This document shows, piece by piece, positions 14,884-24,353 of a stretch of 64,000 bases of DNA (position 1 is the stretch's first letter; the number at the start of each line of letters is the position of its first letter). The notes below the pieces were generated by a model. That model saw only the letters and a program-made list of their open reading frames with translations. It made no database searches and was not told the origin of the DNA. This DNA is from Candidatus Acidiferrum sp. (GTDB lineage: Bacteria; Verrucomicrobiota; Verrucomicrobiia; Limisphaerales; UBA8199). The DNA lies in assembly GCA_035566435.1 (NCBI GenBank), contig DATMRF010000117.1, positions 127,052 to 191,051 of the forward strand, given 5' to 3'. Position numbers and translations under genes: made by a program.

Positions 14884-16149
14884 TTGCCTGCGGTCGTCAC
14901 CACAACGAACGAACCGAGCATGAAAAAACGAATTAAAACCAAACCCAAGCCCAACAAGAAACCGCCTGTTGCCCGCAAGAAACATCGCGCGGCCGGCGTG
15001 CGACTCCTGGTGGGCACCAAGAAAGGCGCGTTTATCCTCACCTCGGACGGCACGCGCAAGAAATGGGACGTCAGCGGCCCACATTTCGCGGGCTGGGAGA
15101 TTTATCATCTCAAGGGTTCGCCGGTGGACCCGAACCGGTTGTATGCTTCCCAAACGAGCGGCTGGTTTGGGCAAATCATTCAGCGTTCGGATGACGGCGG
15201 CAAGACCTGGCAAGCGCCCGGCGGCGGCCCGACCACAACTCCTGAAGGGATGCCGCAGGGAGAGAGCAATAAGTTCGTGTATGAAGGGGAGGTCGGAAAG
15301 CACCTTTGGTATGATGGCACGCAGCATCCGTGGGAATTCAAGCGTGTCTGGCATCTCGAACCGTCGCTGAGCGACCCCGAGACGGTTTATGCCGGCGTGG
15401 AGGACGCGGCATTGTTCAAAACGACCGACGGCGGCCGGACGTGGCGGGAGCTTTCGGGGTTGCGTAGCGCCAAGGGCCACCTTTGGCAGCCCGGAGCGGG
15501 TGGCATGGGGTTGCACACGATCCTGCTCGACCCGACCAACCCTGCGCGCATCTACGTCGCCATCTCGGCCGGGGGAGCCTTTCGGAGCGACGACGCGGGC
15601 CAGACGTGGCGGCCGATCAACAAGGGACTTAAATCTCCCTACCAACTACCGGACCCCGACGCGGAAGTCGGCCATTGCGTCCACCGCATCGCCCTGCATC
15701 CGTCGCGCCCGGACGTTCTCTTCATGCAGAAGCACTGGGACATCATGCGCAGCGACAACGCCGGGGATTCGTGGTCTGAGGTCAGCGGCAACCTGCCGAC
15801 CGACTTCGGGTTTCCCATCGACGTCCATGCGCACGAGCCGGCAACCATCTATGTAGTCCCGATCAAGAGCGACTCGGAGCATTTCCCGCCTGATGGGAAA
15901 CTGCGCGTGTACCGCAGCCGCACGGGCGGAAACGAATGGGAACCTCTCACGAAAGGCCTGCCGCAGCGCGACTGTTATGTGAACGTCTTGCGGGACGCGA
16001 TGGCCGTCGATTCACTCGAACCGTGCGGCGTTTACTTCGGCACCACCGGCGGACAAGTCTATGGCTCCGCTAACAGCGGCGGCGCGTGGATCCCAATCGT
16101 CCGCGACTTGCCAGCCGTCCTGTCTGTCGAGGTCCAGCCGTTGTCATGA
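14884..16149 (+). CDS. BNR/Asp-box repeat beta-propeller protein (Ycf48/sialidase-like fold), cytoplasmic, with a basic N-terminal tail
   Basis: Table ORF. Repeated SxDxGxTW motifs: [39 protein letters not shown]. No signal peptide. The N-terminal [22 protein letters not shown] is strongly basic. Confidence 0.65.
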   Translation: MPAVVTTTNEPSMKKRIKTKPKPNKKPPVARKKHRAAGVRLLVGTKKGAFILTSDGTRKKWDVSGPHFAGWEIYHLKGSPVDPNRLYASQTSGWFGQIIQRSDDGGKTWQAPGGGPTTTPEGMPQGESNKFVYEGEVGKHLWYDGTQHPWEFKRVWHLEPSLSDPETVYAGVEDAALFKTTDGGRTWRELSGLRSAKGHLWQPGAGGMGLHTILLDPTNPARIYVAISAGGAFRSDDAGQTWRPINKGLKSPYQLPDPDAEVGHCVHRIALHPSRPDVLFMQKHWDIMRSDNAGDSWSEVSGNLPTDFGFPIDVHAHEPATIYVVPIKSDSEHFPPDGKLRVYRSRTGGNEWEPLTKGLPQRDCYVNVLRDAMAVDSLEPCGVYFGTTGGQVYGSANSGGAWIPIVRDLPAVLSVEVQPLS

Positions 16150-16442
16150 TCCGGGTCCTGCTCCCATTTCACTTGCGGACACTGGCTCGCGTGGATGGCG
16201 AGGTGCAGCTCCAGGTTGAGAGCCCGGCCACTTTAGGCTCGGTCCTCGACACGCTCGAAGCCCGTTTTCCGGTGTTACGCGGCACCATCCGCGACCATGG
16301 CACACTCCGCCGCCGGCCGTTTGTGCGGTTCTTCGCCTGCCAGGAAGACGTCTCCCTCGAACCGCCGGATTTCCAGTTGCCGGCACCGGTAGCGACCGGA
16401 GCGGAGCCCTTCTTGATCATCGGGGCCCTGGCGGGCGGCTGA
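16146..16442 (+). CDS. MoaD/ThiS-family ubiquitin-like small protein ending in Gly-Gly
   Basis: The internal Met at 16146 overlaps the BNR gene stop (ATGA). [24 protein letters not shown]...[12 protein letters not shown] ends in the GG tail typical of sulfur-carrier or ubiquitin-like beta-grasp proteins. Confidence 0.55.
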   Translation: MIRVLLPFHLRTLARVDGEVQLQVESPATLGSVLDTLEARFPVLRGTIRDHGTLRRRPFVRFFACQEDVSLEPPDFQLPAPVATGAEPFLIIGALAGG

Positions 16443-16460
16443 AGCCGTAAAGATGCGAAC

Positions 16461-16635
16461 AGATTTTAACGCAAAGACGCAAGGGTGCAAAGGCGCAAAG
16501 GCGGAAACCGGGTTTAGCCTTGGACGAGCGGCTCACCTTGCGGTGAGCTCAGCGGACCTGCGCTTCGGGCGCGGATTCCTGAGCCCCTTTGTGTCTTCGC
16601 CTCTCGGGGCCTTCGCGTTAAGGAGTTCGACTGAA
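16461..16635. repeat. ~175-bp MITE-like element with (NCGCAAAG) x 4 terminal repeats in inverted orientation
   Basis: Left arm 16461-16500: ttaacgcaaagacgcaagggtgcaaaggcgcaaagg. Right arm 16596-16635: cccctttgtgtcttcgcctctcggggccttcgcgttaagg, approximately its reverse complement. It lies between the moaD-like and doxX genes. Confidence 0.6.
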
Positions 16636-16676
16636 TAGCAAACCACGTCCGAACGAAACCCCAAGCACTGCATCCT

Positions 16677-17132
16677 ATGGAACTTCAATCCACAGCCAAT
16701 GCCAATGAACCCGCCAGCCGGGAGAAGAAAGGCTTCGCGCGCCATCTGCCGGCCGTCGCGCGAATCCTGCTGGGGCTGGTCTTTTTCGTCTTCGGGCTGA
16801 ACGGCTTTCTGCACTTTATTCCGGAGCCTAAAACGCCCATGTCCGAAGGGGCGATGGCCTTCGCAGGAGGGCTGATGAAGACCGGCTATATGTTTCCCCT
16901 GATCATGGGGACGCAGTTACTCGTGGGAGTGCTGCTTTTGTTGAATCGCTTCGTGCCTCTGGCCCTGGCACTCATCGCGCCGGTCATCGTCAACATCATC
17001 GCGTTCCATATCTTCCTGCAGCCCGCCGGAATCGCTCCCGGCGCGGTCGCTCTGGTCCTGGAACTTTACCTGGCGTGGGCTTATCGCAAGTCTTTTTGCC
17101 CCATGCTCGTCATGCGCGCCAAACCGGATTGA
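16677..17132 (+). CDS. DoxX-family membrane protein
   Basis: Table ORF. RILLGLVFFVFGLNGFLHF... The hydrophobic four-helix pattern is typical of DoxX. Confidence 0.6.
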   Translation: MELQSTANANEPASREKKGFARHLPAVARILLGLVFFVFGLNGFLHFIPEPKTPMSEGAMAFAGGLMKTGYMFPLIMGTQLLVGVLLLLNRFVPLALALIAPVIVNIIAFHIFLQPAGIAPGAVALVLELYLAWAYRKSFCPMLVMRAKPD

Positions 17133-17160
17133 ATCGCTCACTTTCCCTAGGGCTATGACC

Positions 17161-17520
17161 TCAATGCGCTTTTCGCTTGTGGAGCATCACTTTGTTCCCG
17201 TCCGGATCGCACACGATGCCAAAACGGCAAACCGGTGTGTCCATAATCTCCATATGCACCTCGACCCCTCTGGATTTCAGCCGCGACATTTCGGCGTCGA
17301 GATCATCCACTTCAAACGCAACGCATGTTCCATCAGGCGATGATTTCCAGGCCTCCCCGTAACACCCGAGGCCAAAGGTGCTCGCGCCGACCGTATATTC
17401 CACCCACATCCCGCCGGGGGATTCCATGGTTGGCTTGAGTCCCAGCACGCCCTCGTAAAAGGCGCGGGCGCGTTTCATGTCGGTGACCGGCGAGCCGGTG
17501 AATGCAATTTCGGTGATCAT
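17161..17520 (-). CDS. VOC-family (glyoxalase/bleomycin-resistance fold) protein
   Basis: Table ORF of 119 aa. ...RARAFYEGVLGLKP... and ...GIVCDPDGNKVMLH are the VOC signatures. Confidence 0.7.
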   Translation of the reverse strand: MITEIAFTGSPVTDMKRARAFYEGVLGLKPTMESPGGMWVEYTVGASTFGLGCYGEAWKSSPDGTCVAFEVDDLDAEMSRLKSRGVEVHMEIMDTPVCRFGIVCDPDGNKVMLHKRKAH

Positions 17521-17625
17521 AATTTGGGAATTGTAGGCGACGACACAAGGAGTCTCAAGTTCTCAACAATGGGCCGTGATGGATTTCGGAGTAACATTTC
17601 GGCCCCTTTTCGCGTCTGTTTCCGT

Positions 17626-18633
17626 ATGAACGTGCGTCCATCTCTGTTCTGCCGCCTGTTGGTAGTGGCCTGTCCGCTGACGCTGGCGAGCACCCGCGAG
17701 GCTGGCGCGAACGGTTACGATCCGCTGGCGACGGACCCATCGATCCGGCCCTCTCATTTGGATCTCACCGCTCACGACGCGGCTCGGAATCGCGACATCC
17801 CCTTGCGCGTCTATTTGCCAGCGGCCACTGCACCGGCCCCGGTTATTTTGTTCAGCCACGGTCTGGGCGGTTCACGGACCGGCAGCGCGTTTCTCGGCGA
17901 GCATTGGGCGGCGCGCGGTTATGTGGCGGTCTTCCTCCAGCATCCGGGCAGCGACGATTCGGTGTGGAAAAACGCAGCAATCGGCGAGCGGATGAAGGCG
18001 ATGAAACAAGCGGCTTCCCCGGATAATTTTTTGCTGCGTGTGCAGGACGTTTCCGCCGTGCTGAACCAGCTCGAGATCTGGAACGCGGACCGAACCAGTT
18101 CCCTCGCCGGACGGCTGGATCTGAAGAAAGTCGGAATGTCCGGGCATTCATTCGGCGCCGTCACAACCGAAGCGGTGAGCGGCGAGGCATTGCCGGTCGG
18201 TGGACAAAAGTTCACCGACCCGCGAATTAAGGCGGCGGTTGTGTTTAGCCCAAGCGCGCCGCGTGGAGGCAGCGCCGCGAAAGCCTTCGGTGCGGTGAAA
18301 ATCCCTTGGCTGCTCATGACCGGCACGAAGGACCTGGCTCCCATCGGCAACGCCGACATGAAATCGCGGCTCGCCGTGTATCCGGCGCTCCACGGCGCCC
18401 CCAAATATGAATTGGTGCTGCACAACGCGGAACACTCGGTCTTCACCGACCGCGCACTGCCGGGCGACCGCGAGCCGCGAAACCCGAATCATCATCGCGT
18501 GATTCTCGCGCTGTCGACGGCGTTTTGGGACGCCTACCTGCGTGGCGACTCGGACGCGCTGGCCTGGTTGAAGGCCTCCGGCCCGCGCTCGGTCATGGAG
18601 CCGGAAGACCAGTGGCAGTTTTCCGTCCAATAA
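17626..18633 (+). CDS. Secreted alpha/beta-hydrolase (PAF-acetylhydrolase/lipase-like; GHSFG nucleophile elbow)
   Basis: Table ORF 17524..18633, trimmed to MNVRPSLFCRLLVVACPLTLAST, a signal peptide. It contains VILFSHGLGG and MSGHSFGA. Confidence 0.65.
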   Translation: MNVRPSLFCRLLVVACPLTLASTREAGANGYDPLATDPSIRPSHLDLTAHDAARNRDIPLRVYLPAATAPAPVILFSHGLGGSRTGSAFLGEHWAARGYVAVFLQHPGSDDSVWKNAAIGERMKAMKQAASPDNFLLRVQDVSAVLNQLEIWNADRTSSLAGRLDLKKVGMSGHSFGAVTTEAVSGEALPVGGQKFTDPRIKAAVVFSPSAPRGGSAAKAFGAVKIPWLLMTGTKDLAPIGNADMKSRLAVYPALHGAPKYELVLHNAEHSVFTDRALPGDREPRNPNHHRVILALSTAFWDAYLRGDSDALAWLKASGPRSVMEPEDQWQFSVQ

Positions 18634-18701
18634 GTTAGCAATGACGCGGAGCGCGAGGGGCAGGGGAGTCGGTGCGGCGTCGGTTGGCTGGCAGTCGGAG
18701 A

Positions 18702-19742
18702 TTAGCGGGGGGCTCCTTCCGGGCGAAGCCAGAGTTTGCGCCCGGCGGGATCGATCAGTGCGCCGGTTTGGGTTAGCAGTTCTCTCCCGAACATGCCCTG
18801 GACCCCTCTGAGGGTAGTCCCCAGGCCCCATGCCCGAAGGTCAACTACGCCGAAGTGAGCAGCGTTCCAGGTTCTAGAACCGATCTGGAGTTTAATCGTT
18901 GTGACACGCGTTTCGTGGGCCCCAATCGCCCCGACTCCGACGGTGATGCCCTCGACGTCGTCAGGGATAAGCGTACCGGTTCTAGGCTGCTGCCGCTTTG
19001 CGAATTTCAACCCCAACCGACTGACCTGGGTTCCGTCAAGCATGCTAAACTTACTACCGGAATCGACCAGCAGGCGCACCGGTTGGTCGTTTACCTGGGC
19101 TTCGATAAACATCCCCTGCCCAGCGTGAATGGGGATTGCGATAAACCCGCTGCTTCGGAGAGTCTCAGCGACCGAGTTGTGTAGGTCGTCGGAAGGTGCT
19201 CCTGCCCGGAAGTAAAGCCGACGCTCGCCGCAATCGATAAGACAAAAGTTGCGCAGCAGGAAGTCCAGCCCAAGCATAGCATCGCACGGGGCTCGAACAA
19301 ACGATAAATCCAGCTTCTCCACCCGCGCCGGTTGGTTCAGAAACCTAGCATCGCCCAGTCCAAGCTGGTCCATGATCACGAACGACGAATTCGTGACTTC
19401 GCCCAGCAGGCTGTCTTCGAGAACGACCCCACGCTCGTTTGGGGATTTCAAACCGGCGCTGCTTTTGGGACTGAGGGTGGTAATCAACCAGCCGGTATCG
19501 ACCGCGAACGTGGGTTTCTTGCCGTTGCTGAGTGAACTCGAGACCAGGTAGTAACCGCGTGCGCTCGTCTCGAACGGCACGGAATCGTACTCGAGCCTTT
19601 TGAGGTAATCCTCCAGGCGCAAGGCGGGCAGTGTATCGGCTGCGAACGCGGGCGCAGCAACGGACATGGATGCGAACAGACAAATGAACAGAAAGATGGA
19701 GCTGCGGTTGCTGAAAATCGTCGCAGAGCTAATGTCCCTCAT
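18702..19742 (-). CDS. Retropepsin-like (clan AA) two-lobed aspartic protease, secreted
   Basis: Table ORF. Signal-like N-terminus. Two D-[TS]-G motifs: FAVDTGWL and LLVDSGSKFSML. Confidence 0.6.
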   Translation of the reverse strand: MRDISSATIFSNRSSIFLFICLFASMSVAAPAFAADTLPALRLEDYLKRLEYDSVPFETSARGYYLVSSSLSNGKKPTFAVDTGWLITTLSPKSSAGLKSPNERGVVLEDSLLGEVTNSSFVIMDQLGLGDARFLNQPARVEKLDLSFVRAPCDAMLGLDFLLRNFCLIDCGERRLYFRAGAPSDDLHNSVAETLRSSGFIAIPIHAGQGMFIEAQVNDQPVRLLVDSGSKFSMLDGTQVSRLGLKFAKRQQPRTGTLIPDDVEGITVGVGAIGAHETRVTTIKLQIGSRTWNAAHFGVVDLRAWGLGTTLRGVQGMFGRELLTQTGALIDPAGRKLWLRPEGAPR

Positions 19743-19807
19743 ATCTTGACCGCAATCATTTTAAACAACCAGAACTGCGGTTTCAAGCAGAAACGCAGAC
19801 TACCATT

Positions 19808-20152
19808 TTGGTTTATCTCACCTTGGCAACCTGCTTCAGCGGGCTACTTCTGTCTTGCTTGCGCTCGGAGAGTCGCTTAACTGGTCGCTGGTGTCGGCCT
19901 GAGAACCGAGAACTCATGCGCTTTCCATATCCGTCGAGAGAAACGACGCCTTCTGAATATGCTGTGCTGGTGGTGTTCCTTGCCGCGGCCTTTATGATCG
20001 TGGGAGTTATCGCGCTGGTGGTGGCGTTCCGCGCGCCCGCCGAGAAACATGAGTTGGCCGTGGCGCTGGCGCACCGCGGGTTGTGGTCGTTGGGCATCGG
20101 TATCGCGATTGCGGTTGCCTATTGGCTGTACCGCCGGCTGAGGGATTATTGA
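19808..20152 (+). CDS. Small hypothetical membrane protein
   Basis: Table ORF. Two hydrophobic helices (VLVVFLAAAFMIVGVIALVVAF and LWSLGIGIAIAVAYWLY). No similarity recognised. Confidence 0.3.
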   Translation: MVYLTLATCFSGLLLSCLRSESRLTGRWCRPENRELMRFPYPSRETTPSEYAVLVVFLAAAFMIVGVIALVVAFRAPAEKHELAVALAHRGLWSLGIGIAIAVAYWLYRRLRDY

Positions 20153-20159
20153 ACGTCGC

Positions 20160-21635
20160 GTGAGACTGAGCGAGATGCGCCTCTTATTCGCGCTGCTAAC
20201 TGCGGCCAGCCTGGCCCGCGGCGCTTCCCCGGGCAACGCCCCTCCGTTGCCGCTCACCGGCACGCGCATTGTGAACGTGAACACCGAACCGCAACTCCAA
20301 ACGGCGATGGGCAATCTGCAAAGCGGCGACACCATCCTGTTGGCCGACGGCACCTACAATCTGACCAGCACCCTTTATATCAACGGTCGGAATAACGTCA
20401 CGATCCGTGGTTCGGCCGGCAGCACCAATGTTGTCCTCGCCGGCAAGGGCATGGACAATACCAATTATGGCAACGTCCCGTTCGGCATCTGGTCCAACGG
20501 CACCAACACTACCGTTGCCCACCTGACCATCCGCGATACCTGGGACAACGAAATCATTTTCAACTCGGGCGCCCAGTCGCCCCTGGTTTACTGCGTGCGG
20601 CTGCTCAACGCCGGTTCGCAGTTCATCAAGTCCAACCCCACCGACGTCACCACCGGCCTTGGAGTCAACAATGGCATCGTTGAGTATTGCTGGTTCGAAT
20701 ACACCGGCAGCCCGCCCGGAGACCACGGCTCAGGCGTCGGCTATTTCAACGGCATCAGCGCCCATGCGGCGCAAAACTGGATCATTCGCGGGAATCTCTT
20801 CAAAAACCTCCATAACCCCGATTCCGCCGCCTACCTCTGGAACCCCGCGGTGCTGTTCTGGAATCATTCGGTCAACACGCTCACCGATCAGAACACTTTC
20901 GTCAACGTGGACCGCGCCGTGGCTTACGGATTGCAAAGCACCACACCTTTCTTCGATCATGCCGGCGGCGCCATGCGCAACAACTTCGTCTATCTGGCTC
21001 CCGGCTTGATGAGCGCATCCCGAACCGCCGGCTCCGATGGCTCGCTCATCGCGTGGAACTCCCCCGGCACGCAAATCGATCACAACTCCGTCCTGCTGAA
21101 TGGCAACGAGTTCTATGCCGTCGAATTTCGGTTCTCGACTACGACCAACGGCACGGCGCGCAACATCCTCGCCGACGCACCAATTCATCTGCGCGACAGC
21201 GCCTCGGCCACGCTCAACTCAAATCTGGCGACCGCCGTGCCGGGGATGTTCGCCAACCCTGCGGGCGCCGACCTTCATCTGCTGGCCTCGGCGACCAACG
21301 CCATCGACAAAGCGCCCTTCCTTTCCACGGTCACGAACGATTTCGACGGTGACATCCGCCCCAGGGGCGCAAGGTCGGATATCGGCGCCGACGAGTTCAC
21401 CACCAACGCCCCGCCGCGAATCACTGACTTCCACCTTTCCGGCAGCAATTGCGTGGCCGGTTTCACCACGTTCTTGGGCGAAAGTTATGACGTGCAACGC
21501 GCGCCCGACTTGACGGGCAGCGCCTGGGTCCTAGTCGCGTCCAACCTTCCCGGGAGCGGTGGAGTCCTTCAGTTCACCGACACGAATGCGGCAAACCGTT
21601 CGCAGCGGTTCTATCGAGCCCGGTTGTCGCCATGA
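20160..21635 (+). CDS. Secreted right-handed beta-helix protein (pectate-lyase-like; choice-of-anchor-Q-like DIGADE motif) with a C-terminal FYR-motif domain
   Basis: Table ORF. Signal peptide MRLSEMRLLFALLTAASLARG. It has N/T/G-rich beta-helix repeats and GARSDIGADEF. The C-terminus is ...SAWVLVASNLPGSGGVLQFTDTNAANRSQRFYRARLSP*. Confidence 0.6.
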   Translation: MRLSEMRLLFALLTAASLARGASPGNAPPLPLTGTRIVNVNTEPQLQTAMGNLQSGDTILLADGTYNLTSTLYINGRNNVTIRGSAGSTNVVLAGKGMDNTNYGNVPFGIWSNGTNTTVAHLTIRDTWDNEIIFNSGAQSPLVYCVRLLNAGSQFIKSNPTDVTTGLGVNNGIVEYCWFEYTGSPPGDHGSGVGYFNGISAHAAQNWIIRGNLFKNLHNPDSAAYLWNPAVLFWNHSVNTLTDQNTFVNVDRAVAYGLQSTTPFFDHAGGAMRNNFVYLAPGLMSASRTAGSDGSLIAWNSPGTQIDHNSVLLNGNEFYAVEFRFSTTTNGTARNILADAPIHLRDSASATLNSNLATAVPGMFANPAGADLHLLASATNAIDKAPFLSTVTNDFDGDIRPRGARSDIGADEFTTNAPPRITDFHLSGSNCVAGFTTFLGESYDVQRAPDLTGSAWVLVASNLPGSGGVLQFTDTNAANRSQRFYRARLSP

Positions 21636-21825
21636 CCACTACAACTGCCCCCAGAGCATCTTTGGAAATTCTCTGTAGGAGACGACGTAAGGAGTCTCTG
21701 ATCAGAAATCGGACGTATCTAATACTACCGCGGCGGAGCCGCCGCGTCGGAGCGCCGATTTGTAATCGGCTTAGCGCATTCGTGCTCGCTGCCGTGCGCG
21801 CCTGGGTTTCGGCCGCCTTATAGGG

Positions 21826-23211
21826 ATGCGCTACCTTGCTGCCATCGCTGTTGGGGCCGCTTCGTATCTATCCCTCGAAACCGTATCCTGCGCTGCGGAC
21901 TGGCCCCGGTTGGGTGGACCCGAAGCCACTGGCGCGTCCCCGGAGACCGGCCTGGCTCACAGTTGGCCACCCGAAGGACCTGCTACGCTCTGGACGGTGG
22001 ATGTCGGCGAGGGCTTCGCCGGCCCAGCCGCGCGGGACGGACAGGTCTTTTTCCTGGACCGCATCCGCGACGAACAGGATGTCTTGCGCTGCCTCGACCT
22101 GGCAACCGGGCGCGAGCTCTGGCGCCTGGGTTACGATGCTCCCGGCTCACTCCCTCACAACGGCTCCAGGAATGTCCCGACCGTGGATGAACAATACATT
22201 TTCACTGTTGGCCCGTTCGGCCAGTTCCGTTGCGTTGACCGAGCAACCCACCAACTCCTCTGGGCCGCCCACCTTGTGGACGACTTCAAAGACCCCCAAA
22301 CCGATACCGGCAAGTCTGCTGAAACCCGCGAGGAGAAGCTCGCCCGCGCCCAGCTTCCCATGTGGGGAATGACTCAAGCCCCGTGCTTGTATAAAGACCT
22401 GGTCGTCGTGGCGCCCCAGACACAATCCACCGGGTTGGTGGCGTACGAGAAAAAGACGGGCAAAATCCAATGGCGCTCGGGCTACATCGGACGGAACTGG
22501 TATAGCCACGTGAGCCCTTGCCTGACCACGCTGGCGGGCGTCCAGCAAATCATCATGCTTGCCCAGCCCAGCGACCCCGAAAAGTCGCCACGCGACGCGC
22601 CCCCTGCGATCATCTCGTCAATCGATCCTGACAACGGCCGAATCCTATGGAAAACGCAGACCCCTGGGCCCTACAAAATCCCCATTACGGAGCCGCTGCG
22701 CGTAGCCGATGACCGTTTGTTTATCACCGGCGGCTACACGCTCGGTTGTTTGATGCTCCAGGTGCGGCGGGTCGGCGGGGAATGGGAGCCCACTCTGATT
22801 TTCCACCGCAAGACAGTGGCGGCCTTCCTCCACTCACCCATTCTTTACCATGACCGGATTTTCGTCACCAGTTTCAAAGACCAGGGCGGGAGCCACTCCG
22901 GCCTGGTGTGTCTGAGCACCGAGGGTGAGCCGCTGTGGGAAACCGGGCCGGCGCTTCAGTTTGAATCGGGCGCTTCGCTCATCGCCGATGGCCTGGCGTT
23001 CGTCATGCACGGAAGGACCGGCCAGCTCTATCTCTTTGAGCTGTCGGATTCCGGGCCGAAACTGGTCGCCCAGGCGAAAGTTCTCGATGCCCGGGGCGGG
23101 GACGCTTGGGCGCCCATGGCGCTTTCGGACGGCAAACTGCTCGTGCGCGACCAGCACCAGATGAAATGCCTCGAGGTCCGATTAGCGAAACCGGCGCGAG
23201 CAGGCTCCTGA
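21826..23211 (+). CDS. PQQ-like / BamB-like beta-propeller repeat protein, secreted
   Basis: Table ORF. ADWPRLGGPEATGASPE...LWTVDVGEGFAGPAARDGQVFF is the typical PQQ-repeat propeller opening; the WxxxxG blade pattern recurs through the protein. Confidence 0.6.
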   Translation: MRYLAAIAVGAASYLSLETVSCAADWPRLGGPEATGASPETGLAHSWPPEGPATLWTVDVGEGFAGPAARDGQVFFLDRIRDEQDVLRCLDLATGRELWRLGYDAPGSLPHNGSRNVPTVDEQYIFTVGPFGQFRCVDRATHQLLWAAHLVDDFKDPQTDTGKSAETREEKLARAQLPMWGMTQAPCLYKDLVVVAPQTQSTGLVAYEKKTGKIQWRSGYIGRNWYSHVSPCLTTLAGVQQIIMLAQPSDPEKSPRDAPPAIISSIDPDNGRILWKTQTPGPYKIPITEPLRVADDRLFITGGYTLGCLMLQVRRVGGEWEPTLIFHRKTVAAFLHSPILYHDRIFVTSFKDQGGSHSGLVCLSTEGEPLWETGPALQFESGASLIADGLAFVMHGRTGQLYLFELSDSGPKLVAQAKVLDARGGDAWAPMALSDGKLLVRDQHQMKCLEVRLAKPARAGS

Positions 23212-23332
23212 GCCCCGCTTTCTCGTAACCTTGGACCTGCTGCCGGCGTCTATCCTTGGTTCGGAGAGCCTGGGTCTGACTTCGAGAGCAGGCCCTGGTT
23301 CCACGTTAAACCGTTCCAAACTACAACATCCT

Positions 23333-23767
23333 ATGCAGTTCAAGCACAGCAACTTAGTATCAATCCTCAAACTGGGTCTCTGCACCTTTATCGCCCTTGG
23401 TTTCCTGGCTCAAGTCCAGGCCGAGGATAAGAAAGCCGACGGTAAGTGGACCTGGACCATGCCCGGCCGCAACGGCGGAGCCGACCGCAAGATGACCCTC
23501 GACTTGAAAGTCGACGGCGACAAAGTGACCGGCACTCTGACCTCTCCCGGGCGCGACGGCGCGACCACTGAAACCAAAATCGAAGACGGCAAACTCAAAG
23601 GGGAGGAGATCTCCTTCACCGTCACGCGCGAGTTCAACGGCAACAAAATGGTCTCCAAGTACAACGGCAAGGTGGGAGACACCATCAAGGGCAAGATCGA
23701 ATTTGAACGCAATGGCGAAACTCAGTCCCGTGATTGGGAAGCCAAACGCGCCACCGACGCTAAGTAA
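23333..23767 (+). CDS. Small secreted hypothetical protein (Lys/Gly/Thr-rich)
   Basis: Table ORF 23231..23767, trimmed to MQFKHSNLVSILKLGLCTFIALGFLAQVQA, a signal peptide. Confidence 0.5.
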   Translation: MQFKHSNLVSILKLGLCTFIALGFLAQVQAEDKKADGKWTWTMPGRNGGADRKMTLDLKVDGDKVTGTLTSPGRDGATTETKIEDGKLKGEEISFTVTREFNGNKMVSKYNGKVGDTIKGKIEFERNGETQSRDWEAKRATDAK

Positions 23768-24316
23768 CTACAGGTCTTCAATCTCGCGCTGGAGCGGCTC
23801 CAGGTCGGGGTCGCCCAGCGCCACTAGTTTCATTTTCTTCTTGTCGCCGAGCACGAACGCTTGCTTAAGCCAGCTTCGTGCTTGAGCCAGACGGCCCAAC
23901 TGGCACTCGTAGGAGGCGAGGTTGTAGCGCATCGTCGCGCTGAGCGGGAACCTGGTGACGACGCGCAGCAAATTATCGCGCGCCTGGGTCGTCCGTTTGA
24001 GTTCATGGAGGCAGTACGACCGGTGGACCCACCCCAGCGGGTCTTCCGGGTCATGTTGAATAAGGGCGGCGGCAACCTCCAGTGCGGCTTCCCATTCCCT
24101 GGCGGCGGCGTAAGCCTCCCAGCGCACCTTCAGGACATCCGGGTGCGATCGAAGCTCAGGAGCGATCTTCCCTAATTCCTCGTTCGCTTCAACCGCGTTT
24201 CCCAACTCCAGCCAGCCCTGCGCGGACTGGACATGAAAACTGTCCGGCGGTTTAAGCGGCTTCATGCTGATGCCCATGCCGTTCCCAGTGTAGCGGGCGA
24301 CGGGGTCAGTTGACAA
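23768..24316 (-). CDS. TPR-repeat protein
   Basis: Table ORF. Repeated helical A/L/W/Y patterns (...WEAYAAAREWEAALEVAAALIQHDPEDPLGW...). Confidence 0.5.
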   Translation of the reverse strand: MSTDPVARYTGNGMGISMKPLKPPDSFHVQSAQGWLELGNAVEANEELGKIAPELRSHPDVLKVRWEAYAAAREWEAALEVAAALIQHDPEDPLGWVHRSYCLHELKRTTQARDNLLRVVTRFPLSATMRYNLASYECQLGRLAQARSWLKQAFVLGDKKKMKLVALGDPDLEPLQREIEDL

Positions 24317-24353
24317 TCGGTACTAGGAGGTTTAGGAATTTGTCATCCAATAT

